64,000 nt of DNA from Cirrosporium novae-zelandiae (Eukaryota). Location: the NCBI GenBank assembly GCA_026023565.1, contig JAPETS010000005.1, forward strand, positions 310,001-374,000, written 5' to 3'. Numbering within the stretch: the first letter of the stretch is position 1; each line of letters opens with the position of its first letter. Shown here piece by piece: positions 12,615-26,141 of this stretch. A program made the translations under genes and the position numbers. The notes under the pieces were generated by a model. The model was not told the origin of the DNA. It saw only the letters and a program-made list of their open reading frames with translations, and made no database searches.

Positions 12615-13736
12615 AAAAAACTTGTTTTCAATCTCGTTGAAACTAGCCGCAAGGGTACAAAAAAAGTAGGGAAACAGAGGGGAGAAAGAAAATATTAGAG
12701 AGGTAATGAGGAATTGAACATACGAGTGAGCTGGGCTTGCGATTAGGGGGGCTGGAATCCTCTAGATATATTCTGTTTCTACTTGGTCTCGGAGTTGGAA
12801 GAGCGGGGTCTGGTGTATAATGAATATGTATTCTATGCTTACAATTGAAATGGATCTTCACATTGAAACAACCAACCTTGTTTTTTCCCACTCCCTCACT
12901 GTCGTGCTATTTTTCGAGGCTGGCCGGATAGCAACAATAAGCGATCTCAATCATTTCAAACCATAATAAACCAAACCAAACCAGATACTAGAACGGCAAG
13001 ACTACTCTAACCACAGAGGCTTTACGCCATACCATGCCACCAAACTTCATCCGTCTGTTTAAATCTATGTATTACACACACAGACAAAACCTAACTGCCC
13101 TACAAACATCTCGATTGTTAACGAGAAAAAAAACACAAATATGATAAGCACCTATTATCCCATCTCATTATCCCCAATTACGTGGGTCAGCTACATTTAT
13201 CTCTCCGTCTCTTTACTTGTCCCCTTTCTTCGTGGGAAAGTGATCATGGGTCGGTATATAATGAAAGAGGGAGGAATGGTTTAGGTTTAGTTTACGGAGG
13301 TAGTTTGTTTCATTGAATGTAATGGATAACACCGAGTAGGAATCATTCTTTCTTTCTGTTTGGGGGGGGGATAGAACTTAGGAATATATACCTAGATACC
13401 AATATAAGAGATGCAGCGAGTTCCAACCCCAACCTCAACCAAAAAATGAGGTATCCGTATCAACTCAACTGGTCGAGCAAGAAGAATAATTTAAACAAAA
13501 TGAAATCCAGTGTACTTCCCCCCTCTACTTTCATATCGTAACAACCATCAGTCAAACGAGTCTTCCCTCCAAAAAGAGACCCCCATAAGCCTTTGACCTC
13601 CACCTCGTCATCAAATCATAAAACATTTGATTAGTTGAATCCTATCACAGATGCAGACTTCCAGATTACCAGTTCCCGATATTTCGTAACCGCTGTAATG
13701 ATATATCCTTAGGTATTGTCATTTCCACATTGGCAT

Positions 13737-16285
13737 TCAGGTATAAACTGGCGCCTTCAAAAGCATGCTTTTCCCCCGCACCCCTGCCGCCATGAATGCT
13801 GCGAACCGAATCCTTTCTTCTTTTGGCCCGGCCACTACAACCGGTGCACCACCATTACCGCCGGAACCCCTTGTATTGACGCTCTCGGAACTAGGGGTTG
13901 ATTTTTTCCCTAGAAAACCCCCGAATACAGATTTCTTCTTCGCGTGGCCATGGCTTTGTTCCTTGATGCTATCTCTGTCTGCATCGTCTGTCCATTCTTG
14001 CATACTAGGTGTGTCACCACTATGCGCTGATTTGTGATCTGCATCTACACCCTCTGGGGGCGAGGCCCCTGGATTTGTAAGCGCTGGCAGAGGCGTCTCT
14101 ATATTCATGAATTCCGAATTCACTGGCGCTCCAGGGGAAAAATACTGAACATAGACTTCGCGGCTTTCCTGGGGAATGTTGGCAGAGATACCGACTGCGA
14201 GTTCAATAATCATTGAGACACCGCCCACTAAATCTGGGGGTGGTGGGTCATTGAGGTTCATTTGAAGGGAAGCGTTAAGCTTTTCTCCGAGCAGAGTTGT
14301 GAGCCCTGTGCGGTATTCTGTAGCTTGGGGACTTGCAAGCACTTCTTGGAGACCATCGAGGGTAGTGAGACGCCATGTAGAGACCTTGGAAATGAGGGCC
14401 TCACGCTCTTCTTCGGATTGAGGTGCTGCGGCGAATCTCCGAATGTTCTTTTCTATAATCTTGAGCTGGCTACTTAAGCCAGGTTCAAGTGCGGGGTGGA
14501 AGTAGCGATCGAAGATCTCGTCAACAAGCCAACGGGTTATACAGGCCCGACCGACCGCAGTCATCTCTTTGGTTCCAATAGTGGTTGCATCTTTGTTGAC
14601 AACGCCTTGTAACCATGGTGGTATAGCTTTCCAATCCTTACGTATGTTGAAAGCGAGATTGTTGATGGCACCATTCAAGCGACCAAACCTTGTGGAGTAT
14701 TCGTTGTCATCGAGGGAGTTTCGGGACAGGGACAGTCGATGGTTGGCCAATGTATTCTGTAGCTGCTGGACTTGTGCATCCTTCTCGAAGTAATATTTCT
14801 TGACCTTGGTATATTTCCCCTCTACATAAATATAAGTAATGTGTTTTAGGATTAGTATGGCGGTGTAGGACACTTACGTAATTCTTCGTAACGTTGAAGA
14901 ACGCCAGCAAGGTCAAGGTTCGCAACATCTTCCCTTGATTTCAAAGGCGGCGGAGTATGACGTCCTCCCTGCTCTGAAAGGCCACTACCTGGCTGTGAAT
15001 TAGGCATAGAGGCCTGTCGATTATCTCGGTGCTGTTGTTGATTCTGCTGGTTTCCTGTTGATGGAGCACTATAAGGTGGTGGTCCGCTGCCAGCTTGAGT
15101 CTGCCCTGAGTTACCCGAGCCTCGATTCTGGCCATTCTGGTGTTGTTGCATCTGCACGGGTCCTTGACCTTGTGCTTGCCCGCCTGCGGTTTTCATTGTA
15201 CTTTGCATGTGCTGGGGAGGCGGGGGACCGTGAGACGAAGTACGGGGGGGAGGATCGATAACCTGTGGCTGTCTATAAACAGGCGAAGGAGGACCAAGGG
15301 ACTGTTGCGAGGGTGGTCGATAGCTCTGATTGTCTGAATGGATGTAGAATTGATCCGACAAAGAATCTGAAGGACGCTGAGGGTTGTGATAAGGCCGATA
15401 GTCGTCTGGTTGGGCTTGGGCAGGAGATCGAGGAGATTGATGTTGACGCTTCGGGGAAGGTGCTTGAAAGGATTCTCGTGATAAACGTGAAGAATCGGGG
15501 GTTGGATAGTCGTAATCTTGATGGGTTTGCTGTGGCTCTGAAGTAGGTGAGATGGTGGTTGTGATACTGGGGACTCGACGATGCCCTGAATAGTCGGTGG
15601 TACTAGTGTGACTGGTTTCCACAATCGCCCCCTGGTGTTGTTGCGCAAGATGTGCACTTAAAGATTCAGGAGAATTCCACTGAGAAGAGGACTGCTCATA
15701 GCCTTGGGGGGCTTGAGACACTCGAGGGACTTGCTGAACTGGTGGTTTGCGTCTAACTGAAATACTACGACCGAGGCCTTTTGATGCAGAATGCGAACTC
15801 CCAACACTTTCCTTCGAAGAGGAATGACTTTTTCCCCAGAATCCTTTCTTAGACTTCTTGGTATCCGAGTCAAAGCTAGAGTCTGCCCTGGACGATAGTG
15901 AGGGGCGACCGTAAGCAGGTTCCTCGTCGATGATTGAGGGCTCACTGTCAAGGCTGGCAGGGACTAACTGAACAGTTGGCTGTCCGTTGTAAAGATGAGA
16001 AGGAGGAGTTCTCTGACTTTGAGTTCGTCTGGGAAAATTGGCCTGATAATTCGACTGCTGTTGTTGGCTGAAAGTTTCTGGTGGCTGATACTGCTGTGAT
16101 GGGACTCGGTAATAGTCGCTCCTCTCAGCGCTTGATGATATCAGATCCTGGTGCTGGGGGTATATTGGGTCTGTTGACGAGTAGGTCTCAAGAGGGGAGT
16201 GCTCATGGGATCTGCTGTCAAAGGCGCTTAAGGGAGAAATTTGTGAGCGGTTAGGCTTTCTCAAAAGATCCCATTTAGATGGCAT
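13737..16285 (-). CDS. Conserved fungal hypothetical protein (long S/Q/P-rich disordered N-terminus, coiled-coil/helical C-terminal domain)
   Basis: ORFs 14852-16354 and 13737-14873 join by intron 14822-14877 (YEELQGKYTKVKKYYFEKDAQVQQLQNTLAN...LDDNEYSTRF). Start taken at MPSKW. Confidence 0.8.
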
Positions 16286-16809
16286 GGAGGCTAAGTTTGG
16301 GGCAGTAATCAGCTGGATGGATTGATTTGGTGGGGGGTCGGTCAAACCGGTCAAAACGGAACTTCTCAGATTGTGTATGTGTATGTGGGAAGGATTCTTT
16401 GCTACACAGCCATTTCATTCAACAAGAAGAGGAGGGTCCTTTCAAGTAATTAGTTACATGCACGTCTATCATTTGAGTTGTTGTTTAAAGATCAACAGAG
16501 AGATAGAGAGAGAGAAAGAAAAAGGGAAGAAGGAAGAGAGACTCGGCTCGGTACAGGATCCCTTCCCGATCAAGCAACCCTTGTACCACACTTACATACA
16601 ACATATACGAGAAAGTGGAGGGGTTGAAAGGATAGAAGGGTGGCGCAGTCAAAAGCCTACAGATGTCCATTCCTTCCGTCATTTTTCATTTCCTTCTTGG
16701 GAACTTCTATCTGAGTATGTTGTATTAGTCTATCTACAAAGACATTTGCTTCTTTTTTTGGAATCACCCTAGCTAATCGTGCCAATGCCAATTGAGAGTA
16801 GGCCCATAA

Positions 16810-17787
16810 TCACTTTAATTCTTCCTGCACAGTCAACTTATTAGTTTCCTGCCAACTCACTGCACCAAAATACTTCTTGAAGTAATACTTCAAATCTTTA
16901 TCCGATATATCCATATGCCCTCCTTCCACCTCATCGAACGCAAGTCTTCCCCTCTCATCTAGCCAGCGTAATCCTAGCCAATCTTCTTTATATATCGTGC
17001 GGTTCCGTAGCTGCGTCCATTCATAGTCTTCATTATCATCGTCGTTTGATGTTGAGTTCCGCTCTCCAAACCAACCGCTTTCCTTGGGAACAACAGTCCG
17101 GTCATCTTTAAACACAACCATTACAAAGTTCTTCAACTTCTTTAGATTCTCTGCATATTTGGCATTCTTCTCCTCTCGCTCATTATTTATATCTGCTAGG
17201 AAGTTACTATGCTCAAGGTAGGATTCCAGTTCCTTGGGATCTCGGAAATATTGAGCAGGCACAAGTCGTGATTGCACAAAATTAGACCAAGTATTCCCAC
17301 GTAAAAGGCTTCGAGCTCCACGGCATACCCAGTCTCCGCTATCACACTTCTGGAACTCCATGATTCCATTGTGCTGGCTTCCATATGTGATGAGATTGGC
17401 AACTGGGGGATTATTACAACGCTCCACGTAAGCTCTTAGAAATTGCCCTCCCTGGGAGAAACCTAGAGCGTTGATAGCAGGATACCGGGAGATGATGGGA
17501 TCAGTCGAGAGTGTATCACAGACGGACTGGATTTGAAGGGTAACATTGCCAAAGAAAGAAGCGGAACGATCGGATGAAGGACTGTCGGCGAGAGAAACGA
17601 TGTGGATAGGAGTATTGGGATTTGTGGCATTGGCGAGCTCAGCGACAGATATTAGACCAGGGTTGGCATAATTGTCGCCAAGTCCATGCCAGATTATGAG
17701 CGGAAGGGGAGAAGATGGAGGAGGTGTGGAGGTAGTGAGGGCGAGGGGGATAAAAGACAAAAGGGTGGAGAGAGCTATGGCGATCAT
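16810..17787 (-). CDS. PPT1: Palmitoyl-protein thioesterase 1 (secreted/vacuolar)
   Basis: Signal peptide, IIWHGLGD, nucleophile motif GFSQGGQFLR, GSQHNG, VPAQYFRDP, FLADINNE, VVPKESGWF, GGHM. Confidence 0.92.
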   Translation of the reverse strand: MIAIALSTLLSFIPLALTTSTPPPSSPLPLIIWHGLGDNYANPGLISVAELANATNPNTPIHIVSLADSPSSDRSASFFGNVTLQIQSVCDTLSTDPIISRYPAINALGFSQGGQFLRAYVERCNNPPVANLITYGSQHNGIMEFQKCDSGDWVCRGARSLLRGNTWSNFVQSRLVPAQYFRDPKELESYLEHSNFLADINNEREEKNAKYAENLKKLKNFVMVVFKDDRTVVPKESGWFGERNSTSNDDDNEDYEWTQLRNRTIYKEDWLGLRWLDERGRLAFDEVEGGHMDISDKDLKYYFKKYFGAVSWQETNKLTVQEELK

Positions 17788-18495
17788 GGTTTGTTATTAG
17801 GTTAAAAGAAAACGTCAACAGATAAGATAGAAAAACTAATGTTCATCCTCTAGCTACTTATTTTGTTTATAGCAGTGTGCTGTGCAGAGGATGATAAGCT
17901 GGATGGGGCGGACTGGATTGTTGCTGTAACGAGGATAAAAAGAGGTGGGAAGGTAAAGAGAAGCTCTAAGGGAATTACATGTAATTTTAGGTACTGTACT
18001 GTCAATAGTACAGTATCCTTCACAAAAACTCAACAAATACGGTTAAATACGGTCATGCCCGTCATGCCCGCCCTGCCCGTCATTGTGGGCACATGAGATC
18101 AATAACAAAGGAGATCCAACCTTATCTGCCCATTGTCCAAATAGAATAATAGTCGAAACAACTTATGACGAAGCTCATTTATCCGACCAAGGAAAATACA
18201 AGTACCTCTGGCCAGCCATGCCGATCCAATACGAAACCCCCCCCCCGCTTCCTACATCCTCTCTTCCTCGACTTCCATTTCTTGTTCTCTTTTTCTTTAA
18301 AAGTCTTCTAAAGAATGTACATGTACTGTGTGCATGTACCAAAGTGGAATCAGGACATACTCCTCAATTCGGAACCATCCGTGTTTCATTCGGAATACAG
18401 GCCGATAAACAATAATTGAATAACACAGGAACAAAGAAGGCAGACCTACATATAACCACTATGATGGTAAAGTCGACCTGTCAATAACAATAAGA

Positions 18496-20867
18496 ATGTC
18501 GTCGACAGGAGAACATTCTTACCCCCCTAGCGAGCGAGCGAATACTGAATCCGGCGAGACATTGAGAGATGATTTTTCTCCTGGAACAGGGGGATTGGAA
18601 GGGGATGAATCTGGGCATGCAAGCCAGGAATCATCAGTAAAGAAGATGTGGAAATTTAGGATGAGACCACCAGATGATGATGAACCACAGAATTGGTGGT
18701 TCGCCTCAATGGCTATACCCCTACTGGCTGCCACCATAGGCCCGCTGGCGAATGTACTTTCCATCGCTGCACTGGTGACTTATTGGAGGGAGAAATATAC
18801 CGATACAAGGGAAGATGATGATGCTGAACCTTTTCCAGACCCTCGCTGGTAAGTTCCTCCAACCCTAGACAATGCTTTGTATATAATGGAAGGGGTTTAA
18901 CTCGTTTCAACACTTGATGGAATTAGGTGTATAGGACTCAATGCAGCATCTTTAGCATGCGGTTTTGCTGGAAATATTTTTCTACTTTTCAACTTTACTC
19001 GAGTAATTCGATATATTATCGCACTGCCCATGACCATTTTCCTCTGGTACATTTCTGCAGGCATTGTGAGTATCACCTAGATTCACTCCCGAAAGCAACT
19101 GACTGACAGCACAAGCTCACGGCAATCACATTATCGATGAACATCTACGAGCCACCAATACGTCCCGGGGAGACGTATTCTCAAGGTTTCTGGTATGCTG
19201 TTATAGCAGATGTTCTTTATATAATAGCATCGATGATCCTCATGATCAACATGCTCGGTTACTTCCTGGGTCACTATCCTCAGCATTTCGCTCTCACGGA
19301 CGACCAACGCAATCTAATTCTTCAGTCCATGATGTTCTTCGTCTGGCTTGCCGGGGGTGCAGGCATATTCGCCAAGGTTTGCAACTGGTCATATGCCGAC
19401 GCCCTTTACTTTTGCGATGTAACCATTTTGACCATCGGATTTGGAGACTTTGTGCCTGATAATGATGTTGGACGAGGCCTAGTATTTCCCTACTCGGTTG
19501 GCGGAATTATTATATTGGGTCTTGTCGTGAGCAGCATTCATACTTTTACTGGAGAACTGAGTCATGATATGGTTATTAAAGGGCATGCGGAGAAGAAACG
19601 CCTCCACACAATAGCAAACAACTACACCAACGAGCTAGTGCTCCAGGAAGAGGGAAGGGCAAGAGCAGAGGCAACTGCGGAATGGATTAACAATGGTCCT
19701 AGCACGCCATCCTTAGCTCGACAAAACAATGGTCAAGAACGTACATTTAAAAATGAAGGCGTGAAACATCGTGGACGGGGTGCATACCGACACAACTATC
19801 ACCACCCAAAAGTTTTCGATGCACCCAGACATCTAATAACCAATCTTACGTCTCACAAAAAAGACAAGCTTGTCCTTCTCCGAGAGGAGAAGGACCGCTT
19901 CGATGCAATGCGAAAGATTCAACGGCAAACCGATCGTTTCAAACGATGGTACGCGCTCACGATGTCCGTGATTGCGTTTTCTCTACTATGGTGCGTCGGC
20001 GCCATCGTATTCTGGAAAGCCGAAAAGCGCGAACAAAACCTCTCATACTTCGAAGCTCTATACTTTTGCTACGTCTCCCTCCTTACCCTCGGTTACGGCG
20101 ACATGTCCCCACGCTCCAACGCCGGAAAACCCTTCTTCGTTGTTTGGTCCCTCGTCGCCGTCCCCGCCATAACCATCTTAATTTCCGACATGGGCTCCAC
20201 AGTTATCGACTCCTTCAAACGCTTTACTTTCCGCCTTGGCGACTGGACAGTTCTCCCACAAGCAGGCCTGTGGAAACACTTTCTCGACCGCAACCCTTGG
20301 CTCCTCCTATACCTCCAAAAAAAGCAGGAACGCGCCCGCATCGCCGCGGGCTTCCCAACCATCACCCCCTCAGAAATTGACCCAGACGACCACCCCCCAA
20401 CGCTCGAAGAACTCGCTTCCGAATTCAGCCACATGGACGACCACGACCGTGCGCGGCGCCTCGCAAAAGCCATCCGCCGCACAGCCGATGACCTCAAAGC
20501 CGGCCGTAATAAACGCTACTCGTACGAAGAATGGGTCACATTCACAAGATTAATCCGCTTCAGCAGTTCCTCGGGTCAACAGTTATCACTCCGAACCCTC
20601 GAAGAGGAGGAAGCCGAAGGCGGAATCATCGAGTGGGATTGGATCGGTGACGATAGCCCCATGGTGGCGGACCAGAGCGAGCCGGAATGGATCCTGGATC
20701 GCTTGTGCGAGAGCCTTAATCGGTACATGCGTAGTATGCTTCCCGAGGAGGTCAGGGAAAGACGCAGAAGCGAGGTTAGGCTGAGGCTAGCTGGGAGATC
20801 CCGTAGTGTCGGCGAGAGTATCCGAGAGGAAAAAAATGAGGACGGTGGTGTGTCGGAGTCCGCGTGA
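18496..20867 (+). CDS. TOK1: Two-pore outward-rectifying K+ channel (TOK family)
   Basis: Introns at 18849-18926 and 19066-19115. Two pore loops (TILTIGFGD, SLLTLGYGD); PLLAATIGPLANVLSIAAL and YSQGFWYAV motifs. Confidence 0.92.
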
Positions 20868-21630
20868 TGGAATGGCATTCATGGTGTTCGTTCGTATATC
20901 GATGTACTAATTAAGGTGTTGTGGGAGGGAAAAGCAAATGAAGCATGGTGTTCGGCGCTCGAATTCAGAGAAGGGAACCAAAGGGATCATGCAAGAGCTT
21001 ACCGGCCGGCCGGCTAGTATCAGCAAGGTCTATGTATCATATAAGTTTGGATTTACATTTTCTCCCTCTCTCGACGTTTAATATTTTTTTGGAGGAGGGG
21101 GGGCTTTGTTGGATAACATGCTTGCACTTACTTTGTTAGAATAAATGTGTGTATGATAGATAGGACGGTAGATATAACAAATTTGTATTACATATATATA
21201 TACAGGGGATGGATAGATAGATGGAGTTAAATAAATACGTCTCGATTGTTCTCTCGGGATGGGAAGGGAGGGAGGGATAGGGGATATGGGATTGATTCCT
21301 TTGATTCCCTTTTTCTTCGTTTATTATATTCTATAACACATACAAGTCAGTCGGTCACAATCAGTCAAGCCATATCCCTCCCGCTCGCTTCACCCACCCT
21401 CCTCGTTTTCATTTCCATTCCCATTTCCATTTCCATATCCCATATACCCATTTCTGTGCACATCATCATGAGAAAGGTGTATATATTCTGACCCATTATC
21501 ATCGTCATCATCGTCCATCATCCATCATACAAAGTACTACTTTTTCTCTCTCTCTGTGTGTCTATCCCTTCCTATCCATCTTTTTTGAAAACATCCCATC
21601 CATACATACAACTAAAAGTTCCTGTTCTGT

Positions 21631-22983
21631 TCATGCGTTTGCCTTTTCCTTCCTAGCAGCAGCCTTGTTAGCCCTCTCGATCTGCCAAATCGCTCTCTCT
21701 AGTTCGTCTTCTAACTCTGGCATCCCTAGAGCATCTGCAATGAGGGGAGCAGAAGACGAGTCTATGAGTAGAGGATCGACTGCTAGCTCTGAGGGTGACG
21801 ATAAAGCTGATGGGGATTCAGTGGGTTTCGAAGACTGTCTAGTTCCTGTTTCTTCTTCCTTCTCTGCTTCTTCTTTAGGCGGTGGCCGATCCGTCCCTTG
21901 CTGTTGCGGGGAATATTTTTTGCCGGGAGCTGAAGCCACTGTATTCTGATGTGCACTTGGGGGTGGCGTCTCCCCGTTCTCTTTTTCAACATCCTTCAAC
22001 GGTTTCGCCTTCTGTGCTGTGAGTGCTTCAATCTCTTTCCTAATGTCCGATGTGGAGGCGCGGATAGAGCTTAAAGCGTAAATGGTGGCGAGAGTCGAGG
22101 ACGGCGAGAGGTAGGTTAGGTTCTCATTGAGTAGGAATTCGAGGTGTTGAGACCCACGAAGAGCACGGTAGTGCGACCAGGCGCGGAAGGTCAAGTAGAA
22201 GCCTGGGATATTGGGTATGCTTTGGGGGGGTTGTAGTCAGTAAACCAAATCAATATTGCAAAGATCGAACGGAAACCTCGAGGGAAAGAATGCTAGGGTT
22301 GAGACGAAAGAGTAAACTCACATTGGAAGAATGCCGACCGGAAGAGTAAACGGCAGCCCGATCAAACACCCCCACATCCTCTTCCGATGCAGGTTCTGCC
22401 TCTTCGTAGCTAGCTCTCTCAGTACTTCCGTCACTTCTGTGTTCTTTAGCTGCCCCCATCCTTCATTCGGCCATTCCAACTTCCCCTGTCCGATCCCGAT
22501 GCTCCCAGGGAAGCCCATATCTACTGCTGCACCCGGAAATACCACCTCCAATTTTCCTTTCCTTTTCTTCATCTGCTCGGCTGCTGCTGCTGCTGCGTCT
22601 TTGTGTTTAGATTTGAGGGAGAGAAGGGTGTTTTGCCGCTTGGTGGAGAGAGGTGGGATCGATTTGAGGCCCCATTCTTCGTACGGAATGCGTTGCAATG
22701 CCTTATTTCCATATGCAGTGATTGTTCGTTTCATGGAGCCCTGTGGTTCGTGCTCCCATTCAATCCATTTTGTAGAAGCATAGGAGGTCATGCGGTCGGA
22801 AACATTGTTGAAGGTGTCGGAGAGGGATGGTAGCGGTTCAGTTTCATCGCTTGTTTTGGCTGGCAGGTTTATATTGGAGCTTGAGAGGGATTTTGTATTG
22901 GAGCCTTTGGGGGGGCGCGGAATGCGATGGTAGCAGTACAGGAAGGTCCGGTTTCGGGTGAGAGGGAGAAGGACGAAGCGCAT
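21631..22983 (-). CDS. Mitochondrial K+/H+ exchange-related protein (Mit_KHE1/YDL183C-like)
   Basis: MRFVLLPLTRNRTFLYC, RIPYEEWGLKSIPP, PFTLPVGILPI/IPNIPGFYLTFRAWSH; one intron at ~22220-22321. Confidence 0.8.
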
Positions 22984-23593
22984 GATTGGATTTTGGAGGA
23001 TTATAGAAAGAGTGGGTGGCAATATTTATATACAAGCATTACCACATTATTAAGGGTAGATTGCGTTGGGGGGAGAAGCGTAGGTGGAGGTAAATGACAG
23101 CTTTGAATTCTTTCGGAGTCTAGCAAGTGCTTTTTTGGTTCAATTAATCTGAGATGTTGTCAGTGTAAATGGTCAAAGATTGCGAACGAAAGAAAAAGAG
23201 CTCAAAAGGTCAAGCAATTGATCTGGATGGAGGATGGAAGATGGAAGCAGACCCAGGGTTTGCATAGTAGCACGAGATGTAAAAAGTAGGTAAATATTAT
23301 TCTGGCATTTCACTGATGTGTAGTAAATGTGGTAATGTGGGTGGTCCCACGTTAGCAAGCAAAAGTTGTAAACTAGTCTATAAAATCCGGGAGGAACGTA
23401 ACGTCATCAACCAATTGTTAATTTTATCTACTTAGGCACCTGTGGCACCTTTTACAATGTACATGTACTGTACCTGGGTACCATATTACTGTGCTCAATT
23501 GCCGTGCATATATAAACAGTATTCATTCCTTGGATTCACATATTATCATCACCATCATTGTAAACCCTTTTTTCTCTTCTTCCCTCGTCAGAT

Positions 23594-25282
23594 TTAAGCT
23601 CTCTCAATCTCCCTACTATGCTTTCCATTCTTTGCACCCGTAAATTGTGGCTGTGCTTCAACGTCCTCACTCGTTTTCCCCCCTGCTCCAATAACCCCCG
23701 TTCCTACAACCTCCTCCAGATCCCGATCATGCTGAACATCAAACTGTCTCCCCCTGTATTCTGGTCCACATATGGTCAGTATAATCACATAGGCGTATAC
23801 ACAGCCCATAAATATGCAAATCACTTTCCCGTATTGATACCTCTCACTTTCACCATTGTAGGGTAGAGGAAATCGTTCACCAATGCTGGATTCTATAGTG
23901 CTGGATGCACTGCTGACAAGATTTCCTAATTGGTACGAAGTTCCAACCACAAACGTTCTGAAGCTGCCAGGACTCAATTCCATCAAATGAATGGGGATGA
24001 CGCCCCACGCGCCCTGTACGCAGAACTGCTCGAAGAATGCAGCCGCGATAATGGCGTGGGTGGAAACAAAAGTGTATGAATAGAGAAGTGCCCCGCCAAT
24101 GACACACATGACAAGGATGGAGAGACGACGTCCGAAGATTTGGGAGCAGTAACCAATCACAGTACCGCCAGTCATAGCGCCCAGGTTGGCGACTACTTGG
24201 GTAACAGTAATGGCGTTGGCAGAGAAGGAATATTGAGATTTAAGCATAGTAGGATAAAGGTCTTGGGATCCGTGAGACTAGATAAAGAATGTCAGCCGAA
24301 CTGCGTAGCAGCAAAACGGACGAGGGGAATATATGCATACCATAAAATTAAATCCTGCCATTAAAAGGACCAGGTAAATCAACAGCATCCAATGCTTCTT
24401 CAACGCAACTTTTCCTTCGACCATGAAGGTCTTGGCAATATTTCCCCTCTGTTTTCTGACCAATTCGCGGTCCTGGTATGCCTTCGTCTCAGGAAGACAA
24501 AGACGGAAGACGATGATTAGAGCAGGAGGGCCAGCGCCGAACCAAAACAGAGGTTTCCATCCATGAGATGTAGTATTAACAAGACCGCGTGCAAAGGCCG
24601 TAGCAAGCAGATAACCAAAAGCGTATCCCTGTTGCAGCATTCCCGAGATGATACCTCTAGCGGCGTCGGGGCAATCTTCCAAAGCAGTCGCAGCGGCATT
24701 ACCATACAGACCACCCATTGCGATACCGAACAAAGCACGAACAGCAAGGAATGAACTATAATCATTGCAGAAGCCAGTAGCGAGTTCGAGAATAATAAAG
24801 AGGACATTATTGACAATAAAAGGCCATTTGCGACCCCATCGATCGGCGGCTATTCCAAAGATTGTGGAGCCGACAGAACGGAACATGAGAACAAGGGTGA
24901 TACCCCAGGTGATGTCGGTATTGGATCGATTGAATGATTCAGCCAAGTCTTCAACTGTCAGGGACACAGTGAAAAAGTCGAAAGCGTCCCATGTCCAAGC
25001 AAAGAAAGCGACCTGTTATGGCATATGGGTTAGATAAGGAGTGAAAAAATGGAAAAGTGGAGGAGCAGAAAAGTGGAGAAGCTCGTCAAGGAAATGCTTG
25101 TTATTTACCAGAAAAAACATCCATTGCTGGGTATTGAGCATTGCCAGAAGCTTGAATGGATTGGGAGCCTTGGCCATGGGAGGTTTGAGTGACGGGATTC
25201 TGGTAGCGATGTACTTCCCCACACTCATATCCTCCTCAGCTGGCTCCACCATCCTCTCTTGGCTCTTTTCGTTTGGCGCCAT
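23594..25282 (-). CDS. JEN1: Carboxylic acid:H+ symporter (MFS, JEN family)
   Basis: FAWTWDAFDFFTVS, MFRSVGS..FG.AADRWGRKWP, GMLQQGYAFGY, NFMSHGSQDLYPT signature, YQLGNL; two introns. Confidence 0.93.
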
Positions 25283-25825
25283 TGAACTTGACAGGTTCAG
25301 TTCTACCGTGAAAACTTGTCTACCAAGAAAAGAAAGAAGAAAAAAAAAAAAAGGGGAATGAGGGAATGGGAAGTCAATTGGGTTTTATACACAGTGCCAC
25401 TGGAGGGGGGGGAGGTGGGGGGAGACTAGTGAATGAGCGTTGAAGCCATCACGAGATTTAACAAGGAGATCGGGAAGGCGAAGAGTCAGATGTGTCAGAA
25501 GGGAATCCTCTCTGTGAATCATTGGATTATTGCACCCAATTTCAACCAATACTTACCTTGGATACAATTATCTCTCCGACGGCAATTGAAAGTACAGTCG
25601 GCAATAGTCAAACCCATGCATACCGCCTGAGTTTTTTTTTGTTTTTTTTTTCCTTTTTGGGTTGTCTCGGACGGCATTGACCGAATTTTCTCTAATAACC
25701 TCATCCGATTTACTCAGGACCTCAAGTAATATCCGAGGTTGGAATGTGTCAAAAAAGAAAAAAAAGTAGATTTGTTGGTACAGTGATGAGGCCGGTCGAG
25801 CGGCAACAAGGTTTTGAAAGCCATA

Positions 25826-25866
25826 CCAAGACTATCCAAGACTTGTCCAAGACTATCCAAGATTGT
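25826..25866. repeat. Tandem ~21-bp direct repeat built of CCAAGA units
   Basis: CCAAGACTATCCAAGACTTGT CCAAGACTATCCAAGATTGT. Confidence 0.8.
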
Positions 25867-25874
25867 CTAGAGGT

Positions 25875-25913
25875 GTGGGGAGGGTGGAGAGGTGGGGACC
25901 TGGGGAGGTGGGG
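25875..25913. promoter_or_regulatory. Cluster of five CreA/Mig1 SYGGRG sites upstream of JEN1
   Basis: GTGGGG 25875, GTGGAG 25884, GTGGGG 25892, CTGGGG 25900, GTGGGG 25908; two more at 25400 and 25415. Confidence 0.5.
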
Positions 25914-26141
25914 CACTGGTAGAATTGCTTCTTCTCGAGCACTTTCCCTTGACTAGTCTTGCACGTGCCTTGCTCCTCATTGGTTCTCTTCAGAGCTGAT
26001 GTCAGCCTCCACCCTCAACCCTCCACCAACCACTCAAAACAGAATCGTCAGAATGGACTAGACCTCTAGCTATCTAAAGTTAACTTGCGATGCCCTATCT
26101 TCGATATCCATATCATCAATATCTAATAAATCTCTTTCGTT

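Noticed and set aside
18052..18085. 9-bp GTCATGCCC repeats in the PPT1/TOK1 divergent promoter
   Set aside because: Only 3-4 degenerate copies; not CRISPR-like and no known motif.
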